From assembly GCA_029941135.1 (NCBI GenBank), contig JAPYRI010000001.1, positions 6,275 to 70,274 on the forward strand: a stretch of DNA of 64,000 nt, in the 5' to 3' direction. Below are positions 30,831 through 40,814 of the stretch, in pieces. Source of the DNA: Alphaproteobacteria bacterium (GTDB lineage: Bacteria; Pseudomonadota; Alphaproteobacteria; JAPYRI01). A program made the position numbers and the translations under genes. The notes beneath the pieces were generated by a model. It saw nothing but the letters and a program-made list of their open reading frames with translations. It had not been told where the DNA came from and made no database searches. Every line of letters begins with the position of its first letter. Position 1 is the stretch's first letter.

Positions 30831-31826
30831 TTGACGATGACTTTCAAAACGCCACTGTGTGATCTTTTGGGCATTGCCCATCCCGTGCTACAAGCGGGCA
30901 TGGGCCAAGTGGCGCACGGCGCTTTGGCGGGGGCGGTATCGGCGGCCGGCGGCTTGGGCGTTATTGGCGCCGGCTACATGTCGGCCGACGAATTGCGCGC
31001 CGAAATCGCGGTCGTTCGGGCCCACACCGCGAATCCCTTTGGCGTCGATATTCTGTTTGGTAAGGTTGAGACAGACGACCAAGGGTCGGTGCGCTATGCC
31101 CAGCGTGTTCAGGATCAGATTGCGGTTTCATTGGACGCTAAAGTACCGGTGCTCATCTCCGGGCTTGGCAATCCGCAAGGCATAGTCGACGCCGCACACC
31201 AGCAGGGCATCAAAATCATGTCGGTGGTGGGCAATGTGCGGCAGGCGAAGCGCGTGGTCGATATAGGGGTCGATGTGGTGATTGCATCTGGCGCCGAAGG
31301 CGGCGGCCACGTGGGCCGCGTGGGTACGGTCAGCCTGGTGCCCCAAGTGGTTGATGCCGTTCGGGTGCCAGTGATCGCGGGCGGCGGCCTTGCCGACGGA
31401 AGGGGGTTGGTCGCGTCTCTGGCCATGGGTGCCCAGGGAATATGGCTCGGCACCCGCTTTATCGTCACCAATGAGGCGCGCGGCCACATTAACTACAAAA
31501 ACAAGATCGTCGCCATCGACGAAGAAGGCACCATCATCTCCCGGGGTCACAGCGGCAAACCCTGCCGCCTTATCAGGAACGAATTCACGACGTATTGGGA
31601 AAGCCACGCATCCGACATTAAACCCTACCCCCAGCAGCTGGTCGAAGTGGGCGAACCGGCAACTCTGTTGGGACGGATTGAAGGCGACGCCGACAAAGGT
31701 GTTTTGCCCGCCGGCCAGAGCAGTGGTCTCATAGACAGCGTGAAAGGGGCGGGCCGCGTGGTGACCGACATCATGGCCGAAGCCGAACAGGTTTTATCGG
31801 CCCTGGCTAAATTGGCAGACGCCTAA
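30831..31826 (+). CDS. Nitronate monooxygenase family protein (NMO/2-nitropropane dioxygenase, FMN-dependent).
   Basis: 331 aa. N-terminus LGIAHPVLQAGMGQVAHGALAGAVSAAGGLGVIGAGY and the later GG motif (…VIAGGGLADGRG…). Confidence 0.75.
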   Translation: MTMTFKTPLCDLLGIAHPVLQAGMGQVAHGALAGAVSAAGGLGVIGAGYMSADELRAEIAVVRAHTANPFGVDILFGKVETDDQGSVRYAQRVQDQIAVSLDAKVPVLISGLGNPQGIVDAAHQQGIKIMSVVGNVRQAKRVVDIGVDVVIASGAEGGGHVGRVGTVSLVPQVVDAVRVPVIAGGGLADGRGLVASLAMGAQGIWLGTRFIVTNEARGHINYKNKIVAIDEEGTIISRGHSGKPCRLIRNEFTTYWESHASDIKPYPQQLVEVGEPATLLGRIEGDADKGVLPAGQSSGLIDSVKGAGRVVTDIMAEAEQVLSALAKLADA

Positions 31827-31847
31827 TCTCCCACCGCTTTCTTAGCT

Positions 31848-32726
31848 TCACGCCTCGGGGGCGAGCGCTTCCAAAGCATTCCAGTCGGGCCCCGGCTGAC
31901 CATCGGGGCGGATCGGCTGGATAACCACCTGGCCCGCGCCGCTATCAAAATGAGCCTGAAGCTTCGCCTGTATGTCATCGGTATTGCCCCATATGACCAT
32001 GGCGTCCATCAAACGATCACTGCCGCCATTTTCAAGATCGCTTTCATCGAACCCGAGCCTGAACCAATTTTTAAAATAATTGGGCAGGGGCAAATACGGC
32101 GTCATGGCGTCCCGCGCAGCGGCGCGCGCCTCGTCCCCGTTTGTGGTCAGGCAAATTTTCTGTTCCGTGCAGACAAAATTATCGGCGCCGACTTGCTGGC
32201 GCGCGATCCCCGCATGTTCCGGGGTCACATTGTAGGGCAGCGCGCCCAAAGTGCGTTCGCCGGACAATTTCAGCATATTGGGGCCGAGGGCCGCGAGCAT
32301 AACTTGCTTCACCGCAGGCGCGCCGCCAAACGCCTCCCACGCCTGATCCATGGCGTCTAAGTATGCGCGCATGGTTGAGACAGGTTTTCTGCTGTATTCG
32401 TGCCCACGCACGTCCGCTACCAACGGCGAATGCGAGACCCCCAGTCCGAGAATGAAGCGCTTGTCATAAAGGCCGTTCAAAGTGTTGTGCCCCATCACCG
32501 ACGCCGCAGCATCGCGGGCATAAATATTAGCAATACCGCTGGCGACAATCAGTTTCTCCGAATGCTGGAGCAGATAGCCGCCCAATGCCATGGTTTCGTA
32601 GTTAAACGCCTCCGGATACCACAAAGTCGAGTAACCCAGTTCCTCAACGCGACGGGCCAAATTGGCGAGCTCGTCAGGCGCCATAACATCGGTAAATGTG
32701 AAGACGCCGTATTTTCCGAGTTTCAT
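31848..32726 (-). CDS. LLM-class (luciferase-like) flavin-dependent oxidoreductase, tandem paralog B.
   Basis: 292 aa from the ATG at 32724-32726 (MKLGKYGVFTFTD…). About 55% identical to the upstream paralog over the full length. Confidence 0.7.
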   Translation of the reverse strand: MKLGKYGVFTFTDVMAPDELANLARRVEELGYSTLWYPEAFNYETMALGGYLLQHSEKLIVASGIANIYARDAAASVMGHNTLNGLYDKRFILGLGVSHSPLVADVRGHEYSRKPVSTMRAYLDAMDQAWEAFGGAPAVKQVMLAALGPNMLKLSGERTLGALPYNVTPEHAGIARQQVGADNFVCTEQKICLTTNGDEARAAARDAMTPYLPLPNYFKNWFRLGFDESDLENGGSDRLMDAMVIWGNTDDIQAKLQAHFDSGAGQVVIQPIRPDGQPGPDWNALEALAPEA

Positions 32727-32758
32727 AAATATTCTCCCAAGGTCTATAAAAACTACCC

Positions 32759-33637
32759 TTATCCAGGCGCAAGGGCTTCCAGTGCGTTCCAATCAGGGAC
32801 CCCTGCTCCGTCCGGACGGAGCGATTGAATACCGACGTGAGTGGCGCCGGCATCCAGGTGAGCTTTCAGGCGGGCAAGAATGTCATCCTCCGTGCCCCAG
32901 GCAACCATGGCGTCCATCAGCCGGTCACTGCCACCGTTGCTCCAGTCTTCTTCGTTGAACCCAACACTCGACCAAATATCGTGGTAGCGCGGAAACTCCA
33001 AATAAAAGCTGAGAGTCCGACGCGCAGTCGCCCGGGCTTCGGCGGGATTGGTGGTGAGACAAACGTTCTGCACGGCCACCAGCGTTGAATCGGCTCCAAT
33101 TCTTTCTCGCGCGCGCGCCGTCAATTCAGGTGTATTGTTGTAGGGTATCGGCCCGAGGGTGCTCTCAGCCGCCAGTTTCTGCATGCCTGGGCCCAATGCC
33201 GCCAGCATCAATCTCTTTTCCCCATTGAATGGGCCGCCCAACACCTCCCAGGCGGCATCCATGTCGTCTAAATATTTACGCATGGTCGAAAGCGGCTTTT
33301 CGAACACATGCCCCCCGCCGCGAATATCGAGAATGCCAGGGTGGGACACGCCAAGGCCCAAAACGAAACGGTCACCATAAAGCTTGTTAAGAGAGTTATA
33401 GCCCTGGGCTGCCGCCATAGGATCACGGGCAAAGATGTTGGCAATACCGTTGGCGATAATCAAACTCTCGGTTTGGCTCAGTAAAAAGGCGCCCTGAGCC
33501 ATGGCCTCGTAGTCGAAGACCTCCGGATACCACAAAGTTTTGTAGCCGAGTTGTTCGGTGCGCGGGCCGAGCTCGGCCATTTGCGCCGGGCTGAGGCCGT
33601 CGGTAAACACGACCACGCCGAGTTCGCCAAAATCCAT
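32759..33637 (-). CDS. LLM-class (luciferase-like) flavin-dependent oxidoreductase, tandem paralog A.
   Basis: 292 aa from the ATG at 33635-33637 (MDFGELGVVVFTD…). It starts 67 nt downstream of the paaE stop on the same strand. Confidence 0.7.
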   Translation of the reverse strand: MDFGELGVVVFTDGLSPAQMAELGPRTEQLGYKTLWYPEVFDYEAMAQGAFLLSQTESLIIANGIANIFARDPMAAAQGYNSLNKLYGDRFVLGLGVSHPGILDIRGGGHVFEKPLSTMRKYLDDMDAAWEVLGGPFNGEKRLMLAALGPGMQKLAAESTLGPIPYNNTPELTARARERIGADSTLVAVQNVCLTTNPAEARATARRTLSFYLEFPRYHDIWSSVGFNEEDWSNGGSDRLMDAMVAWGTEDDILARLKAHLDAGATHVGIQSLRPDGAGVPDWNALEALAPG

Positions 33638-33704
33638 GAAGTTCCTCCCATGTAAGCGCCGCAGCATAACCGGTTGAGAGGCCGGCGAGTAGACCCTACG
33701 GAGA

Positions 33705-34787
33705 TTACATTTCGTCGAAGTCCAATTCGACGGTATCGGTCAATGGCCGTGACTGGCACGTGAGCACAAAACCCGCGTCCAGCTCCCATGGCTCAAGGCT
33801 ATAATTGACCGGCATGTCAACCTTACCTTTGGTCACCTTAGCCCGGCACGAGGTGCACATCCCGCCCATGCAGGAATAGGGGATATCGACACCTTCAGCG
33901 ATGGCGCTATCGAGGATATTGCCGTCGGCCACCGGCACGGCAAACTCGGATCGCACCCCATCGACCACGACAGATACGCACGCGTCATCCCCGGCAGTTT
34001 CGGCTTTGGCTTTCGGCTTTGGCGAGAGAGTGGGCACGTCGCCGTCATCAGTCGCGAACCGTTCGAAATGAATGCACTCATCCGCGACACCTAAATTCTT
34101 CAAAGCTTTTGTCACATCAGAGATCATGGAGCCAGGACCGCACACAAACACGCCGTCAAGCGCGGAGGCCGGACATGCGGTTGCCATCAGGCCGGCAACT
34201 TTCGTAGCATCAATGCGACCATTCAGCAGATCCGATTCCTGATCTTCGCCGCTAAGAATATGAAAAATACTGAGCCGCCCCATATGACGGTTCTTAAGAT
34301 CGTCGATCCGGTCGCGGAAAATCACTGACGCCGTATTGCGGTTGCCATAGAACAAAAACACCTGAGCATTCGACTCGGAGTCCAACAGTGTCGCAATAAT
34401 TGAAATCACCGGCGTAATGCCGCTGCCGGCGGCAAACGCCGCATATGTCTTGCGCGTAGCTGGTTCTGGGATCACCCGAAACTTGCCGGTCGGAGTCATG
34501 ACTTGAACCCGACTGCCAACCCGAAAATCTTCGTGGGCATAGGTCGAATATGCGCCGTCGGGCACTTTTTTGATGGCGACGCGCAGTTCACCATCGCCAG
34601 CGCCGCTGCAGATAGAGTAGCACCGGCGCACATCTTCGCCATCAATATCGGCGCGCAAGGTCAGGTGCTGGCCAGCATCAAACTTGTACGCGTCGGCCAG
34701 ATCGTCCGGCACCTCAAAAGCGATTGAAACCGCGTCGTCGGTCTCAAGCCGCACGTCGGCAATCGTCAGTTCATGAAAGCGGGCCAT
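33705..34787 (-). CDS. paaE: 1,2-phenylacetyl-CoA epoxidase reductase subunit PaaE (ferredoxin-NAD(P)H reductase with a C-terminal plant-type 2Fe-2S domain).
   Basis: 360 aa. FAD/NAD-binding FNR-like N-domain, then a C-terminal 2Fe-2S ferredoxin (…YSCMGGMCTSCRAKV…). Confidence 0.85.
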   Translation of the reverse strand: MARFHELTIADVRLETDDAVSIAFEVPDDLADAYKFDAGQHLTLRADIDGEDVRRCYSICSGAGDGELRVAIKKVPDGAYSTYAHEDFRVGSRVQVMTPTGKFRVIPEPATRKTYAAFAAGSGITPVISIIATLLDSESNAQVFLFYGNRNTASVIFRDRIDDLKNRHMGRLSIFHILSGEDQESDLLNGRIDATKVAGLMATACPASALDGVFVCGPGSMISDVTKALKNLGVADECIHFERFATDDGDVPTLSPKPKAKAETAGDDACVSVVVDGVRSEFAVPVADGNILDSAIAEGVDIPYSCMGGMCTSCRAKVTKGKVDMPVNYSLEPWELDAGFVLTCQSRPLTDTVELDFDEM

Positions 34788-34790
34788 CAA

Positions 34791-35267
34791 TCAAATGCAC
34801 TTAAAGTGATCGAAGGGTTCGCGGCAGGTAATGCAGCGATAGAGCGCCTTGCAGGCGGTTGAGCCGAACTCACTCAGGCACTCGGTCTCAGATGAACCGC
34901 ATTGCGGGCACCGCACTTCTCCGGGTGGGGAAATGCCGTAATCTTCAAGTTTGCGACGGCCATCCGCGCTCATCCAATCCGTGGTCCAGGCGGGCGACAC
35001 CACCGTTTCAACCACCGCGGAATTAAAGCCATGATCGCACAAGGCGGTCAGTATATCGGCCTTGATGGTGTCCATGGCCGGACAGCCGGTGTACGTGGGC
35101 GTGATAGACACTATCGCCCGGTCGCCATCCATCCGCACGTCCCGGGCAATCCCCAGATCGACGATGGTCAATACTGGGATTTCCGGATCCACCACGGTCT
35201 CCAATACCTGCCATATTTTGGCTGATACCTCGTTCTGCGCTTGCGCGGGGGCAGTTTCGGTCACCAT
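34791..35267 (-). CDS. paaD: 1,2-phenylacetyl-CoA epoxidase subunit PaaD (DUF59/SufT-like).
   Basis: 158 aa. DUF59 core (VWQVLETVVDPEIPVLTIVDLGIARDV) and a C-terminal four-Cys segment (CPQCGSSETE…CITCREPFDHFKC). Confidence 0.85.
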   Translation of the reverse strand: MVTETAPAQAQNEVSAKIWQVLETVVDPEIPVLTIVDLGIARDVRMDGDRAIVSITPTYTGCPAMDTIKADILTALCDHGFNSAVVETVVSPAWTTDWMSADGRRKLEDYGISPPGEVRCPQCGSSETECLSEFGSTACKALYRCITCREPFDHFKCI

Positions 35268-36043
35268 GTTGCGTCCGGATGGGTACGCGGCAGGATTTGC
35301 ATGTCGGCCAGCATATGGCGCAATCCTTCGCCGTGATCGCCGGTGATACCGCCGATGGCAAACTCATTGTCATCAGGTCGGATTAAGGTTGCTTCAGCTA
35401 GGACGTCAACAACCCGTTGGTCCCATAAGGGTTTCAATGCCGCGCGATCCACGCCAATGCCCGCCGCTACAACAACTTGATCGATGTCATCCACTGCAAA
35501 CATTTCGCCCGTGTAGCGCCACAATTCATCAAGCGCGGTTTGCGTCCGCCGCTGGCTTTTGGCGGTGCCATCGCCAAGCCGCACGACCCAGCCCGCGCTA
35601 AACCGGAAGTGATAGGTGATTTCTTTGACCACCTTAGTGGCAATCGCCGCCAGTCGAGCGTCGCTCGAATGTTGCAATTGAGTATAAAATTCCAGGTTGA
35701 AGGCATCATATAAAAACTGCCGCACGATGGTCACGGCAAAGTCGCCGTTCGGTTGCTCGACCAGCAGCAAATTCCTAAATCCCTCCGCGTCGCGCAAATA
35801 GGCAAGCGCATCTTCGTCTTGACCTGTGCCTTCCACTTCGCCCGCGTAGGTGAGCAGTAATCGCGCCTGGCCGATCAAGTCGAGACCCACATTGAGGAGG
35901 GCGATCTCAACTTCCAGTTCGGGGCCATGGGCGCACCACTCTCCCAGCCGGTGGCCGAGCACCAGGCTGTTGTCACCCAGACGCAAGATGTATTCGAACA
36001 GTGGGTCAGGGTCTGCAGTTAGCGCAATGTCAGTTGAAGCCAT
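35261..36043 (-). CDS. paaC: 1,2-phenylacetyl-CoA epoxidase structural subunit PaaC.
   Basis: 260 aa, ferritin-like fold. Gene order places it between paaB and paaD. Confidence 0.85.
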   Translation of the reverse strand: MASTDIALTADPDPLFEYILRLGDNSLVLGHRLGEWCAHGPELEVEIALLNVGLDLIGQARLLLTYAGEVEGTGQDEDALAYLRDAEGFRNLLLVEQPNGDFAVTIVRQFLYDAFNLEFYTQLQHSSDARLAAIATKVVKEITYHFRFSAGWVVRLGDGTAKSQRRTQTALDELWRYTGEMFAVDDIDQVVVAAGIGVDRAALKPLWDQRVVDVLAEATLIRPDDNEFAIGGITGDHGEGLRHMLADMQILPRTHPDATW

Positions 36044-36060
36044 GATCGGTTCATCCGCCC

Positions 36061-36351
36061 TTACATATTCTCGACGCCGTCCGGCACTTTATAAAAGGTG
36101 GGGTGCCGATAAATTTTATCCGCCGTGGGCTCAAAAAACGCGGCTTTATCCGCCGGGTCCGACGCCGTGATCTCGACCGAAGGCACAACCCAAATGCTGG
36201 TTCCTTCAGCCCGCCGGGTATAAACGTCGCGCGCATTCTCAAGCGCCATTTTGGAGTCGGCCGCATGCAGACTGCCCGCATGCTTATGGCTGAGACCATT
36301 GCGACCGCGGATAAATACTTCATACAGCGGCCAATCAGATTGCAGCATCAT
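36061..36351 (-). CDS. paaB: 1,2-phenylacetyl-CoA epoxidase subunit PaaB.
   Basis: 96 aa (…WPLYEVFIRGRNGLSHKHAGSLHAADSKMALENARDVYTRR…). This family is highly conserved. Confidence 0.9.
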   Translation of the reverse strand: MMLQSDWPLYEVFIRGRNGLSHKHAGSLHAADSKMALENARDVYTRRAEGTSIWVVPSVEITASDPADKAAFFEPTADKIYRHPTFYKVPDGVENM

Positions 36352-36402
36352 TTGATCCTTCCCAATAAGGCCCTATTCGGCTGCTTCGCGGCTGCGTTGG
36401 CG

Positions 36403-37368
36403 CTATTTCTCCGCATGCGCGGCAGCAGCTTCTCGCACCCAGGCGCCATTTTCATGCGCTGCCGTACGGATTTCCATCCGCTCCACATTGCACGGGCCAT
36501 CGCCGTTCAACACGCGCTTAAATTCTTCCCAATCAATCTCGCCATAATCGTAGTGACCTTCGCTCGCATTCCACTTGAGATCAGGGTCCGGCAATTTCAG
36601 TCCGATGCGGTCACCCTGAGGCACCGTTGCATCAATAAATTTCTGCCGGAGTTCGTCGTTGGTGAAGCGCTTGATCTTCCATTGCATGGATTTGGACGAA
36701 TGGGCCGAGTCTTTATCCGAAGGCCCAAACATCATCAAAGCCGGCCACCACCATCGGTCGAGCGCGTCTTGCGCCATTTGATGCTGTTCCGGTGTCCCGT
36801 TGGCCATATCCGAAATGAGCTCGTAACCCTGACGCTGATGAAAACTCTCTTCCTTGCAGACTCGGATCATCGCACGGGCGTACGGCCCATATGAACACCG
36901 GCACAGGGGGATCTGGTTCATGATCGCCGCGCCATCAACCAACCAGCCTACGGCGCCTAAATCGGCCCAATTCAAAGTCGGATAATTAAAAATGCTTGAG
37001 TACTTCGCTTTGCCACTCAGCAATTGGTCAACTAAATCACTGCGCGCAACACCAAGTGTTTCCGCCGCGCTATACAGATAAAGGCCGTGACCGGCCTCGT
37101 CTTGGATTTTCGCCATCAACACGCCCTTGCGTTTAAGCGTAGGGGCACGGCTCAGCCAGGCGCCTTCGGGCTGCATGCCGATCACTTCCGAGTGGGCGTG
37201 CTGGGATATTTGCCGGACTAAGGTTTTCCGGTAAGCCGCCGGCATCCAGTCGTTGGGCTCAATTTTTTCGTCCCGGTCGATGCGGGCTTGAAAACGGACG
37301 AGCGCTTCCCGATCATCCTGGCTGAGATCGCTGTCGGTAGGCGTTCCGTTTAAGCTCTGGGTGTACAT
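36403..37368 (-). CDS. paaA: 1,2-phenylacetyl-CoA epoxidase catalytic subunit PaaA.
   Basis: 321 aa, di-iron ferritin-like oxygenase (…[51 protein letters not shown]…). Confidence 0.9.
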   Translation of the reverse strand: MYTQSLNGTPTDSDLSQDDREALVRFQARIDRDEKIEPNDWMPAAYRKTLVRQISQHAHSEVIGMQPEGAWLSRAPTLKRKGVLMAKIQDEAGHGLYLYSAAETLGVARSDLVDQLLSGKAKYSSIFNYPTLNWADLGAVGWLVDGAAIMNQIPLCRCSYGPYARAMIRVCKEESFHQRQGYELISDMANGTPEQHQMAQDALDRWWWPALMMFGPSDKDSAHSSKSMQWKIKRFTNDELRQKFIDATVPQGDRIGLKLPDPDLKWNASEGHYDYGEIDWEEFKRVLNGDGPCNVERMEIRTAAHENGAWVREAAAAHAEK

Positions 37369-37422
37369 CCGTTCTCCCTAGCCAATTTGTCGTGGCAGTT
37401 ACCGAGACCTAATGTCCAATCA

Positions 37423-37467
37423 ATATATCACATAAATACAACAAATCGATAATTTTATGTAATATAT
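37423..37467. promoter_or_regulatory. AT-rich 14-bp imperfect inverted repeat in the paaA promoter region, a candidate PaaX operator.
   Basis: ATATATCACATAAA (37423-36), a 17-nt spacer, then TTTATGTAATATAT (37454-67). One mismatch between arms. It lies 55-100 nt upstream of the paaA start and just downstream of the paaX stop. Confidence 0.4.
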
Positions 37468-37472
37468 CATAT

Positions 37473-38411
37473 TCATTGCGTCAAACCACCAAATCTTTGC
37501 CAAAATGCCCCTTCAGGCGGCGGCAATGAACTGTCCCCGCGCTCGAAATGGTCAGATATCCATTGTTCGGAGAGCGTAACCACTTGCCCATAAAAGTGGC
37601 GGGCCAGACGCCGGGCTTGGGTTCCTGCCCAGTCTTGCGGCAGCAGTTCAGCCGGTAATAATGGATCGCGCAATATGATGCGGCGATAATCGTGGATGAG
37701 CATGATCCGCGCCAGCATACACTCCCAAGCGGACAGTTCAGCGCCATTGTTTAAAGCCCGGCCAAGTGCCCCAAATCTCGCGACAAAATCGTCGTAGTCA
37801 TGGGCGAGATCTTGCAACGCCCAACAGTCGTCGACCAAACGAGACAGCGATGTGGCCGATGCCGCCGGATCACCGCCACCACGAATGATGATCGGCCGAG
37901 ATGCGGTTGGCGACACCTTGGATAAAACCTCCTCCAGCGCGGCACCATCCGGATCCGGGTGAATGAGCACGCCGGACGCGAGTGACCCAAAACCGATCCA
38001 ACCCAATTCTTTGCGCAATTGGTCCCGCCATGCGCTCGCACCACCCGGCGTAATGACCAGGCAAAACGCGCCTGACCATGCGGGCGGCGCACTTGAGTAA
38101 ATACGCCGAGTCGCCGCATCAAAGCGCCCGCGTCCAGAACGGGTCAGAGTGTAAAAGCTTTTGCGTCCCCGCCGCTCGGCCACAAACCATTTGTCATCAG
38201 TGAGGCGCGACATGGCGGTGCGCGCCTGACTATCGTTAATGCCAAACGCATGCAAAAGCGGCAACAGGCTGCCGAGCCACAGCGTGCCGCCCCGGGGCGC
38301 GACCGCGTCGCCAAAGACCGTGGTGATCAATGAGCCCGCGCGACTCGGTTTACGGCTGGCAAATTCGGCGGTCAGGTTGGTGACCCATTCATTGGGGAGC
38401 GGTTCCGGCAT
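37473..38411 (-). CDS. paaX: Phenylacetic acid degradation operon negative regulator PaaX.
   Basis: 312 aa. N-terminal winged-helix region typical of PaaX (…SLITTVFGDAVAPRGGTLWLGSLLPLLHAFGINDSQARTAMSRLTDDKWFVAERRGRKSFYTLTRSG…). Confidence 0.85.
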   Translation of the reverse strand: MPEPLPNEWVTNLTAEFASRKPSRAGSLITTVFGDAVAPRGGTLWLGSLLPLLHAFGINDSQARTAMSRLTDDKWFVAERRGRKSFYTLTRSGRGRFDAATRRIYSSAPPAWSGAFCLVITPGGASAWRDQLRKELGWIGFGSLASGVLIHPDPDGAALEEVLSKVSPTASRPIIIRGGGDPAASATSLSRLVDDCWALQDLAHDYDDFVARFGALGRALNNGAELSAWECMLARIMLIHDYRRIILRDPLLPAELLPQDWAGTQARRLARHFYGQVVTLSEQWISDHFERGDSSLPPPEGAFWQRFGGLTQ

Positions 38412-38550
38412 GGCAAAATCGTTAAGCCCTTGGCGGCCAATTGTCCATGGGCAGTGGGGCCCAAAGTCGCGTTGCTGTCATCTTTACTAAACATTTGTTA
38501 GGATACCGGCACACGATATTGGCAAAATCACAAACGAATCGGGGCCACGC

Positions 38551-39669
38551 ATGCATGTCGGATACAGCGCGTTTTTTCAAAATCTCACCGGGGACCTGAC
38601 CGACCATCAGGTCTATCAAAACGCTATTGAGCTCGCCGATATGGCTGAGCCTCTAGGTTTCGAGTCGATCTGGGCGGCCGAGCACCATTTTACCGAATAC
38701 ACCATGTGCCCGAACGTCACTCAGTTCCTCACCTACATGGCGGGGCGCACCAAAACCGTAAAATTGGGCGCCATGGCTTATATCGTGCCGTGGCACGAAC
38801 CGATCCGGCTGGCAGAAGAAATTTGTGTGTTGGACAACGTATCAAACGGACGCGCAATTCTGGGCTTTGGTCGCGGCTTGGGCCGGGTCGAATTCGATGC
38901 CTTCCGCCTCGAGATGGGGGAGAGCCGGGAGCGGTTCGTTGAATTTACCGACGCCATCCTGACCGCCCTCGAGACCGGCTACATCGAATATGACGGCAAG
39001 CATTACCAGCAGCCCAGAGCCGGCATCCGACCCGCCCCCTTCAAGTCTTTCCGTGACCGCAGTTATGCCGCCGCCGTGTCCCCCGAATCAGCGCGCATCA
39101 TGGCCCGCCTCGGCATCGGCATCCTCGTCATTCCACAGAAACCCTGGGAAATTACCAAGCAAGAAGTGGCCATGTACCGGGAGATTTTTCGCGAAGAAAA
39201 CAATGGCGCCGAAGCGCCCAAGCCGATCATCGCCGCATTTGTCGCCTGCCACGAAGACGAAAGCGTGGCCAAAGAAATGCACGAGAAATATATCCGGCGC
39301 TACAGCCGCTCGGCGCTTGAACATTACGAATTTGCCAATGCTGAATTGGCCAACATCAAGGGTTACGAGTACTACGGCGGGATCGCCAAAAACATCGAAA
39401 AACACGGCGTCGATGCCTTCGTCAATTTCCTCGCCGACCTGCAGATCTGGGGCACCCCCGATCAGGTGTTCGAGCAGATGATGGAACATCAAAGTATGAT
39501 CGACAGCGGCGCCTCGGTCGGTATGTTCAGTTATGGCGGCATGCCCCACGACATGGCAACCGGCAATCTGAAACTGTTCGCGGAAAAAGTCCTGCCACGC
39601 CTAAAAGCGCAAGACGTGGGCGAAACCATTGGCGGCGCGGGCACGCCTCTGACAGTCGCCGCCGAGTAG
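38551..39669 (+). CDS. LLM-class flavin-dependent oxidoreductase (luciferase-like monooxygenase, bacterial luciferase/SsuD-like subgroup).
   Basis: 372 aa. Starts MHVGYSAFFQNL…GFESIWAAEHHFTEYTMCPNV…, a characteristic LLM N-terminus. It is divergent from paaX. Confidence 0.7.
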   Translation: MHVGYSAFFQNLTGDLTDHQVYQNAIELADMAEPLGFESIWAAEHHFTEYTMCPNVTQFLTYMAGRTKTVKLGAMAYIVPWHEPIRLAEEICVLDNVSNGRAILGFGRGLGRVEFDAFRLEMGESRERFVEFTDAILTALETGYIEYDGKHYQQPRAGIRPAPFKSFRDRSYAAAVSPESARIMARLGIGILVIPQKPWEITKQEVAMYREIFREENNGAEAPKPIIAAFVACHEDESVAKEMHEKYIRRYSRSALEHYEFANAELANIKGYEYYGGIAKNIEKHGVDAFVNFLADLQIWGTPDQVFEQMMEHQSMIDSGASVGMFSYGGMPHDMATGNLKLFAEKVLPRLKAQDVGETIGGAGTPLTVAAE

Positions 39670-39788
39670 ATTTTCTCGCACTTTTAAGGTCCTTCCATAT
39701 GGGAGGCCCTTTTTTGTGGGTATATTGCGTTTAGAAGTTGGTTGTGGGCGCCGGTGATCGCAGTTTGGTGAAGTTTGTCGTCTAGCCG

Positions 39789-40814
39789 TTGCAAAACCAC
39801 CGCCAAAACATACCATCGGGCAGCATTCGAGTAATCTACCCTTTTGACCATGTTTTTTGTATGAACATACACCCGCCAATAAAGTTTCTGGACCCGCGAA
39901 CGACTGTTGACGGCAGTCCTCGCGCGACAGTCAAGCTCATGCATCTGGAAACCTTGTGGTTCAATACTGGCACGCTCTGCAATCTTGAATGCAAAGATTG
40001 CTATATCGAGTCGAGCCCCAAGAATGATCGCTTGGTTTACCTGACCGCCAACGAAATCTCGGTTTTTTTGGATGAGATCGAACGCGATCATTTGGGCACA
40101 CGGGAAATTGGCTTTACCGGCGGCGAGCCTTTCATGAACCCCGATATCGTCGCCATGATGACAGATTGCCTCGAGCGCGGGTTCGAAGTGTTGGTGTTGA
40201 CCAACGGCATGCGGCCGATGATGAAGCTCGATACTCAATTGTTGGCGCTGAACTGCCGATTCGGTGCCAAACTTAGGTTGCGTGTGTCCCTCGATCACTA
40301 CAGCAAATCGCGCCACGAAGAGTTGCGCGGTCCACACTCGTGGGCGCCGACCATTACCGGCTTGACGTGGTTGTCAGATCAAGGATTCCGTGTCCACATG
40401 GCCGGCCGTACGGTTTGGGGCGATGACGAAGCCACAATTCGCAATGGGTTTGCCCATCTATTTTCGCAGATGAACCTCAACATCGACCCTCACAGCCCAA
40501 CACAATTGATATTGTTTCCGGAAATGGACGAAGCTGCGCCGGTGGCCGAAATAACCACCTCCTGCTGGTCTCTCCTCAGCGTCGATCCAAATTCTCTCAT
40601 GTGCGCAAGCTCACGCATGGTTGTGAAACACAAGGGCGCCGACCGGCCTACCATACAGGCCTGCACCCTGCTGCCCTACGACCCGCGCTTTGCGCTCGGA
40701 TCCTCTTTGCGCGCCGCCACTTCCGACCCGGTTGCCCTTAATCACCCCCATTGCTCCAAATTTTGCGTGCTTGGCGGCGGCGCCTGCAGCGTTTCAGAGG
40801 TCTCCTCGACTTGA
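39789..40814 (+). CDS. Radical SAM/Cys-rich-domain protein (TIGR04167/ArsS-like family).
   Basis: CxxxCxxC (TGTLCNLECKDCY) in the first 70 residues. The C-terminal roughly 100 aa holds six further Cys (…CWSLL…CASS…ACTLL…HCSKFCVLGGGACS). The stop codon is TGA. The likely start is the ATG at 39861 (MNIHPP…) or 39939 (MHLETL…). Confidence 0.6.
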   Translation: MQNHRQNIPSGSIRVIYPFDHVFCMNIHPPIKFLDPRTTVDGSPRATVKLMHLETLWFNTGTLCNLECKDCYIESSPKNDRLVYLTANEISVFLDEIERDHLGTREIGFTGGEPFMNPDIVAMMTDCLERGFEVLVLTNGMRPMMKLDTQLLALNCRFGAKLRLRVSLDHYSKSRHEELRGPHSWAPTITGLTWLSDQGFRVHMAGRTVWGDDEATIRNGFAHLFSQMNLNIDPHSPTQLILFPEMDEAAPVAEITTSCWSLLSVDPNSLMCASSRMVVKHKGADRPTIQACTLLPYDPRFALGSSLRAATSDPVALNHPHCSKFCVLGGGACSVSEVSST

